This document shows, piece by piece, positions 44,758 through 49,148 of a stretch of 49,148 nt of DNA. Position 1 is the stretch's first letter. The number at the start of each line of letters is the position of its first letter. Under the pieces are notes generated by a model. That model was given only the letters and a program-made list of their open reading frames with translations. It did not search any database and had not been told where the DNA came from. This DNA is from a virus. Taxonomy: Duplodnaviria; Caudoviricetes. The stretch spans positions 1 through 49,148 of the IMG/VR virus record IMGVR_UViG_3300044676_005519; one strand, written 5' to 3'. The translations under genes and the position numbers were made by a program.

Positions 44758-45840
44758 ATGGCTCAATCTATTCTTTCAAAACAACAATCGCAATCCACTT
44801 GGGAAAACTTCTGCGAGTGGGTAACTTCAACTAACAATCGTCTGTATGTCGGTTGGTTCGGTGTGCTGATGATCCCAACTCTGTTGGCAGCAACCATTTG
44901 CTTCATCGTTGCCTTCGTGGCAGCACCTCCCGTCGATATTGACGGTATCCGTGAACCCGTTGCTGGTTCACTCATGTATGGTAACAACATCATTTCTGGT
45001 GCTGTTGTTCCTTCTTCTAACGCAATTGGACTTCACTTCTACCCAATCTGGGAAGCTGCATCTCTGGATGAGTGGCTTTACAACGGTGGTCCTTTCCAGC
45101 TGGTGATCTTCCACTTTCTGATTGGCATCTATGCCTACATGGGTCGTGAGTGGGAACTTTCTTATCGTCTTGGTATGCGTCCATGGATCTGTGTTGCATA
45201 CTCTGCACCTGTTGCAGCAGCATCCGCAGTATTCCTGGTCTATCCTTTCGGTCAAGGTTCTTTCTCTGATGCGATGCCCTTGGGTATCTCTGGTACGTTC
45301 AACTACATGCTTGTTTTCCAGGCAGAGCACAACATCCTGATGCACCCCTTCCACATGCTGGGTGTCGCAGGTGTTTTCGGTGGTTCACTGTTCAGTGCAA
45401 TGCATGGTTCTCTGGTTACTTCCTCACTGGTTCGTGAAACCACTGAGAACGAGTCCCAGAACTATGGTTACAAGTTCGGTCAAGAAGAAGAGACCTACAA
45501 CATCGTTGCAGCACATGGCTACTTCGGTCGTTTGATCTTCCAATACGCATCATTCAACAACTCACGTTCATTGCACTTCTTCCTTGCTGCATGGCCTGTT
45601 GTTGGCATCTGGTTCACCGCACTTGGTGTCTCCACGATGGCATTCAACCTGAACGGTTTCAACTTCAACCAGTCCATCATGGACAGTCAGGGCAAAGTCC
45701 TGAACACCTGGGCTGACGTTCTCAACCGTGCTGGTCTGGGTATGGAAGTCATGCACGAGCGCAATGCTCACAACTTCCCCCTTGACCTTGCTGCTGCTGA
45801 GTCCACTCCTGTGGCACTCACCGCACCTAGCATCGGTTGA
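44758..45840 (+). CDS. psbA: photosystem II D1 protein (Glu130 form), no intron
   Basis: Full D1 sequence; MGREWEL; [24 protein letters not shown]-terminal extension. Confidence 0.99.
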   Translation: MAQSILSKQQSQSTWENFCEWVTSTNNRLYVGWFGVLMIPTLLAATICFIVAFVAAPPVDIDGIREPVAGSLMYGNNIISGAVVPSSNAIGLHFYPIWEAASLDEWLYNGGPFQLVIFHFLIGIYAYMGREWELSYRLGMRPWICVAYSAPVAAASAVFLVYPFGQGSFSDAMPLGISGTFNYMLVFQAEHNILMHPFHMLGVAGVFGGSLFSAMHGSLVTSSLVRETTENESQNYGYKFGQEEETYNIVAAHGYFGRLIFQYASFNNSRSLHFFLAAWPVVGIWFTALGVSTMAFNLNGFNFNQSIMDSQGKVLNTWADVLNRAGLGMEVMHERNAHNFPLDLAAAESTPVALTAPSIG

Positions 45841-45862
45841 TCTAAAAATTAAATAATCAAAG

Positions 45863-45889
45863 AAGGGGACTTCGGTCCCCTTTCTTTTT
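45863..45889 (+). terminator. intrinsic terminator with cUUCGg loop
   Basis: AAGGGGAC-TTCG-GTCCCCTT plus T-rich tail. Confidence 0.92.
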
Positions 45890-45923
45890 CTTCAGAATTG
45901 TTAAGTTTTTTGTACTTATTCTA

Positions 45924-46184
45924 ATGATTGGAAAACTTGATCCAGAAGAAAGGGTGTTGTCTGCAGGTCCACCACAACTACCAAAGTGGTTTGCACAAAC
46001 CTCTGATGAACCCTACGACAGACATCAATACGAATTACAATTCAATGGTCAGTCACTTATCTTTGATGACTATGATCAACTGAGAGCATATTGGTTTGAA
46101 TGTGCTCGCAATTGGGATGATTGTAAGGTAAATGTCTTGGATAAAAAACACGAAAAGAAAAAATCTAAAGGAGGTTTTAAATAG
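45924..46184 (+). CDS. hypothetical protein between psbA and psbD
   Basis: [13 protein letters not shown]...KGGF; stop overlaps the psbD GTG. Confidence 0.75.
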   Translation: MIGKLDPEERVLSAGPPQLPKWFAQTSDEPYDRHQYELQFNGQSLIFDDYDQLRAYWFECARNWDDCKVNVLDKKHEKKKSKGGFK

Positions 46185-47239
46185 TGGTAGCATCAACATT
46201 ACAACAACAACGGAGGGGATGGTTCGATGTCCTGGATGACTGGCTTAAACGAGATCGCTTTGTCTTTGTGGGTTGGTCTGGATTACTTCTTTTTCCCACT
46301 GCTTATCTTGCAATTGGTGGCTGGCTTACTGGCACGACGTTTGTTACAAGCTGGTATACCCACGGATTGGCGTCTTCCTACCTTGAAGGTGCTAATTTTC
46401 TTACGGCAGCAGTGTCAACTCCTGCTGACGCTATGGGTCATTCTCTTCTTCTACTTTGGGGTCCTGAGTCTCAGGGAGACTTTCAACGGTGGCTCCAACT
46501 GGGCGGACTCTGGAATTTTGTGGCGCTCCACGGAGCCTTCAGTCTTATAGGTTTCATGCTCAGGCAGTTTGAGATTAGTCGTTTAGTAGGTATTCGTCCG
46601 TACAATGCGATTGCTTTTTCGGGTCCTATTGCCGTATTTGTTAGTGTATTCCTCTTGTATCCTCTTGGACAGTCCAGTTGGTTCTTTGCGCCGTCATTTG
46701 GTGTTGCAGCGATCTTCCGCTTCCTTCTATTCCTCCAGGGATTCCACAATTGGACGCTTAATCCATTCCACATGATGGGTGTTGCAGGTATTTTGGGAGG
46801 AGCCTTGCTTTCTGCAATTCATGGTGTTACAGTAGAGAATACCTTGTATGAAGACGGTGAGCAAGCAAACACGTTTAAGGCGTTCGATTCGACACAAGAG
46901 GAAGAAACCTACTCAATGGTTACGGCAAACCGATTCTGGTCACAGATCTTCGGTATCGCCTTTAGTAACAAGAGGTGGCTTCATTTCTTTATGTTATTTG
47001 TTCCTGTTATGGGTCTTTGGACCAGTAGTATCGGGATTATTGGCCTTGCTCTTAATCTACGTGCTTATGATTTTGTAAGTCAAGAGATTCGTGCAGCAGA
47101 AGATCCGGAATTTGAGACTTTTTATACAAAGAACATACTTTTAAATGAAGGATTGAGAGCATGGTTAGCACCAGTTGATCAGCCTCATGAACAGTTTGTA
47201 TTTCCAGAGGAAGTATTACCCCGAGGTAATGCACTTTGA
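46184..47239 (+). CDS. psbD: photosystem II D2 protein
   Basis: [16 protein letters not shown]...[10 protein letters not shown]; GGAGG RBS, GTG start. Confidence 0.99.
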   Translation: MVASTLQQQRRGWFDVLDDWLKRDRFVFVGWSGLLLFPTAYLAIGGWLTGTTFVTSWYTHGLASSYLEGANFLTAAVSTPADAMGHSLLLLWGPESQGDFQRWLQLGGLWNFVALHGAFSLIGFMLRQFEISRLVGIRPYNAIAFSGPIAVFVSVFLLYPLGQSSWFFAPSFGVAAIFRFLLFLQGFHNWTLNPFHMMGVAGILGGALLSAIHGVTVENTLYEDGEQANTFKAFDSTQEEETYSMVTANRFWSQIFGIAFSNKRWLHFFMLFVPVMGLWTSSIGIIGLALNLRAYDFVSQEIRAAEDPEFETFYTKNILLNEGLRAWLAPVDQPHEQFVFPEEVLPRGNAL

Positions 47240-47250
47240 TATCCTGACAG

Positions 47251-47275
47251 AGACTCTCTTCGGAGAGTCTTTTTT
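47251..47275 (+). terminator. intrinsic terminator with cUUCGg loop
   Basis: AGACTCTC-TTCG-GAGAGTCT-T5. Confidence 0.92.
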
Positions 47276-47305
47276 ATGCTATATAAAAAAGTTGCATAAA
47301 CTTAG

Positions 47306-47629
47306 ATGAAGTTTATCTTCGCGTTCTTAGCTACACTTTTTCTTGCTGCTCCAGCATGGGCAGTAGACGTTCAAATGGGATCAAACGGAAACTTGATTTT
47401 TGATCCCGCAGAGGTTACAATATCGGCAGGAGAATCAGTTCACTTTGTGAACAACATGCTTCCTCCACATAATGTCATCGTTGAAGATCATCCAGAACTC
47501 GGTCATGAGGCACTTGCCATGTTGCCTGGTGAAGAGTTTGATGTTACATTCCCTGATGCAGGCGACTACACCTATTGGTGTGGTCCTCATAAGGGTGCTG
47601 GAATGATTGGGACGGTACACGTTGAATGA
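47306..47629 (+). CDS. petE: plastocyanin
   Basis: Signal peptide; PHNV; YWCGPHKGAGM copper ligands. Confidence 0.96.
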   Translation: MKFIFAFLATLFLAAPAWAVDVQMGSNGNLIFDPAEVTISAGESVHFVNNMLPPHNVIVEDHPELGHEALAMLPGEEFDVTFPDAGDYTYWCGPHKGAGMIGTVHVE

Positions 47630-47646
47630 AGTACACACACAATTAC

Positions 47647-48294
47647 ATGAAAATCTTTCTTGATACTGCTGATACATTATTAATTGAAAAATATTTTGAT
47701 ACTGGTCTGATTGATGGGGTTACCACTAACCCCACCTTGATTATGAAAGCTGGTAAGAAACCAGAAGATGTTTATCAACAAATTAAAGATATTGGTGTCA
47801 AAGATATCAGTATGGAAGTTGTTGGTAACTTTGATGAGATGTATGTCGAGGGGTATCGTCTTGCTGAAAAGTTTGGAGACGTTGCTACTATCAAACTTCC
47901 TATGACTAGAGAAGGGTTGATGGTATGTAAAGCACTTTCTAATGATAACATTCGGACTAACGTCACATTGATCTTCAGTGCCCCTCAGGCAGTCCTTGCA
48001 GCAAAGGCAGGGGCAACTTATGTCTCACCCTTTGTGGGACGGTTAGACGACCAGCAGGTAGCAGGTCTGGAGGTGGTAAGAGCCATCTCTGATCTATATC
48101 GAATCCATGGTGTCAGAACTCAAGTTCTGTCTGCATCTATTCGCAGTGTTCAACGTGCTGTTAGGTCATGGTATAATGGTGCTCAAGTTTGCACAATGCC
48201 ACCTAAGGTGTTTGAACAAATGTATGACCATATCCTTACCGATAAAGGTCTTGAGATTTTCGATCAAGACTGGGCATCGGTGAAGAGTGATTAG
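47647..48294 (+). CDS. talC: transaldolase (TalC)
   Basis: KIFLDTAD; GVTTNPT; TIKLP; TNVTLIFS; YVSPFVGR. Confidence 0.95.
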   Translation: MKIFLDTADTLLIEKYFDTGLIDGVTTNPTLIMKAGKKPEDVYQQIKDIGVKDISMEVVGNFDEMYVEGYRLAEKFGDVATIKLPMTREGLMVCKALSNDNIRTNVTLIFSAPQAVLAAKAGATYVSPFVGRLDDQQVAGLEVVRAISDLYRIHGVRTQVLSASIRSVQRAVRSWYNGAQVCTMPPKVFEQMYDHILTDKGLEIFDQDWASVKSD

Positions 48295-48376
48295 CAGCAC
48301 TACCCCTTATAAACTGGTTGAGATTATTCAAGATACTTGGCCTAACCTTTTTTACTTGAAAGACATTAAAAAACCC

Positions 48377-48613
48377 ATGACATTTACAGTATATTCTAAA
48401 GACGGTTGCCCATATTGCACCAAAGTTCAGCAGGTATTAGAGCTTGCAGAAATTAAGCATGTGATATATAAACTTAATAGGGACTACACCCGTCAGGAGT
48501 TTTATGCTAAGTTTGGAGAAAGTGCTACCTTTCCCAGAGTTGTCAAAGACGATGAACTGATTGGTGGATGTACCGAAACTGTTAAGTATTTGCGGGAGCA
48601 AAATCTAGTCTAA
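48377..48613 (+). CDS. glutaredoxin
   Basis: YSKDGCPYC; TFPRV; IGGC; in-frame upstream extension from GTG 48287. Confidence 0.9.
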   Translation: MTFTVYSKDGCPYCTKVQQVLELAEIKHVIYKLNRDYTRQEFYAKFGESATFPRVVKDDELIGGCTETVKYLREQNLV

Positions 48614-48972
48614 TGGAACAACACCTCATCGACATCTATGATCTTGTTGAACATGCTATCGATAATGCCTTTGAGGGACAGATGAATCTCAAGTTTTATG
48701 ATTTCCTCAAAGAATCAAAAGTTAAAAAACATGAGATAGATTCTTTTATTGAAAGCACCACTGCGAATGAACTCAGTGAATTGACCATGGATCTTGATGA
48801 GTACATCGCAGGTGGGTCAGACAGTATCCACAAACAACTACGTGAAGGTTACGGTCACATTCCCAAACCCCAAGCAAGAAAAATTAAAAATTATTTGTAT
48901 GGCATCTTAGAAGATGCATGGAAGTATAGTCATGACCGAAGACCAGGACGTAGGAAAAAGCAAACTAAATAA
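48613..48972 (+). CDS. conserved cyanophage hypothetical protein
   Basis: QLREGYGHIPKPQARKI. Confidence 0.75.
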   Translation: MEQHLIDIYDLVEHAIDNAFEGQMNLKFYDFLKESKVKKHEIDSFIESTTANELSELTMDLDEYIAGGSDSIHKQLREGYGHIPKPQARKIKNYLYGILEDAWKYSHDRRPGRRKKQTK

Positions 48973-49138
48973 TGCTGATACCCACATAAATCGTGGGTTT
49001 GAGTTACTAATACGCAATAGAAGGAGGAAGCCAGATCCGCCCAAAACTTTTCAGATAAAGTTCGGTAAGATGGTTTCTCTCTTTCGTAGAGAAATTGTTT
49101 TCCATCTTAACTTCTATCTGGACATCAGAAAGAAATAG
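48914..49138 (+). CDS. hypothetical protein, start uncertain
   Basis: INRGFELLIR...FGKMVSLFRREI. Confidence 0.5.
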   Translation: MHGSIVMTEDQDVGKSKLNNADTHINRGFELLIRNRRRKPDPPKTFQIKFGKMVSLFRREIVFHLNFYLDIRKK

Positions 49139-49148
49139 TCTCTGGAGG

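Overview
This window is a 49-kb segment of a T4-like marine cyanomyovirus genome, most likely infecting Synechococcus (psbA, psbD, petE, talC, gnd, hli). In order it contains: the gp41 helicase C-terminus and mazG; a block of late, probably capsid-internal proteins; gp61 primase, nrdAB and a GIY-YIG nuclease; a tRNA-rich region (9 tRNAs in the window) with an HNH gene, gnd and many micro-ORFs; a manA-like structured RNA; a 16-kb GDP-sugar/glycosyltransferase island; porin-like, hli and thioredoxin genes; a block of exported proteins with a minus-strand three-gene module; and psbA, psbD, petE, talC and glutaredoxin. The most notable observations are: (1) two micro-ORFs after gnd, missing from the ORF track, that resemble NDH-1L subunits NdhP and NdhQ; (2) a gmd + fcl/colC + His-type colD set implying GDP-colitose synthesis, next to several fucosyltransferase-fold enzymes; (3) a promoter-driven hairpin RNA displaying an anti-Shine-Dalgarno/CCA-repeat loop; (4) a secreted paralogous module whose third gene lacks a start codon for its signal peptide, a -1 frameshift candidate; (5) polyprotein-like internal head proteins; (6) recurrent hairpin/sigma70 promoter hybrids and HLR1-like boxes. 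All family assignments come from motif recognition by eye, not database searches.
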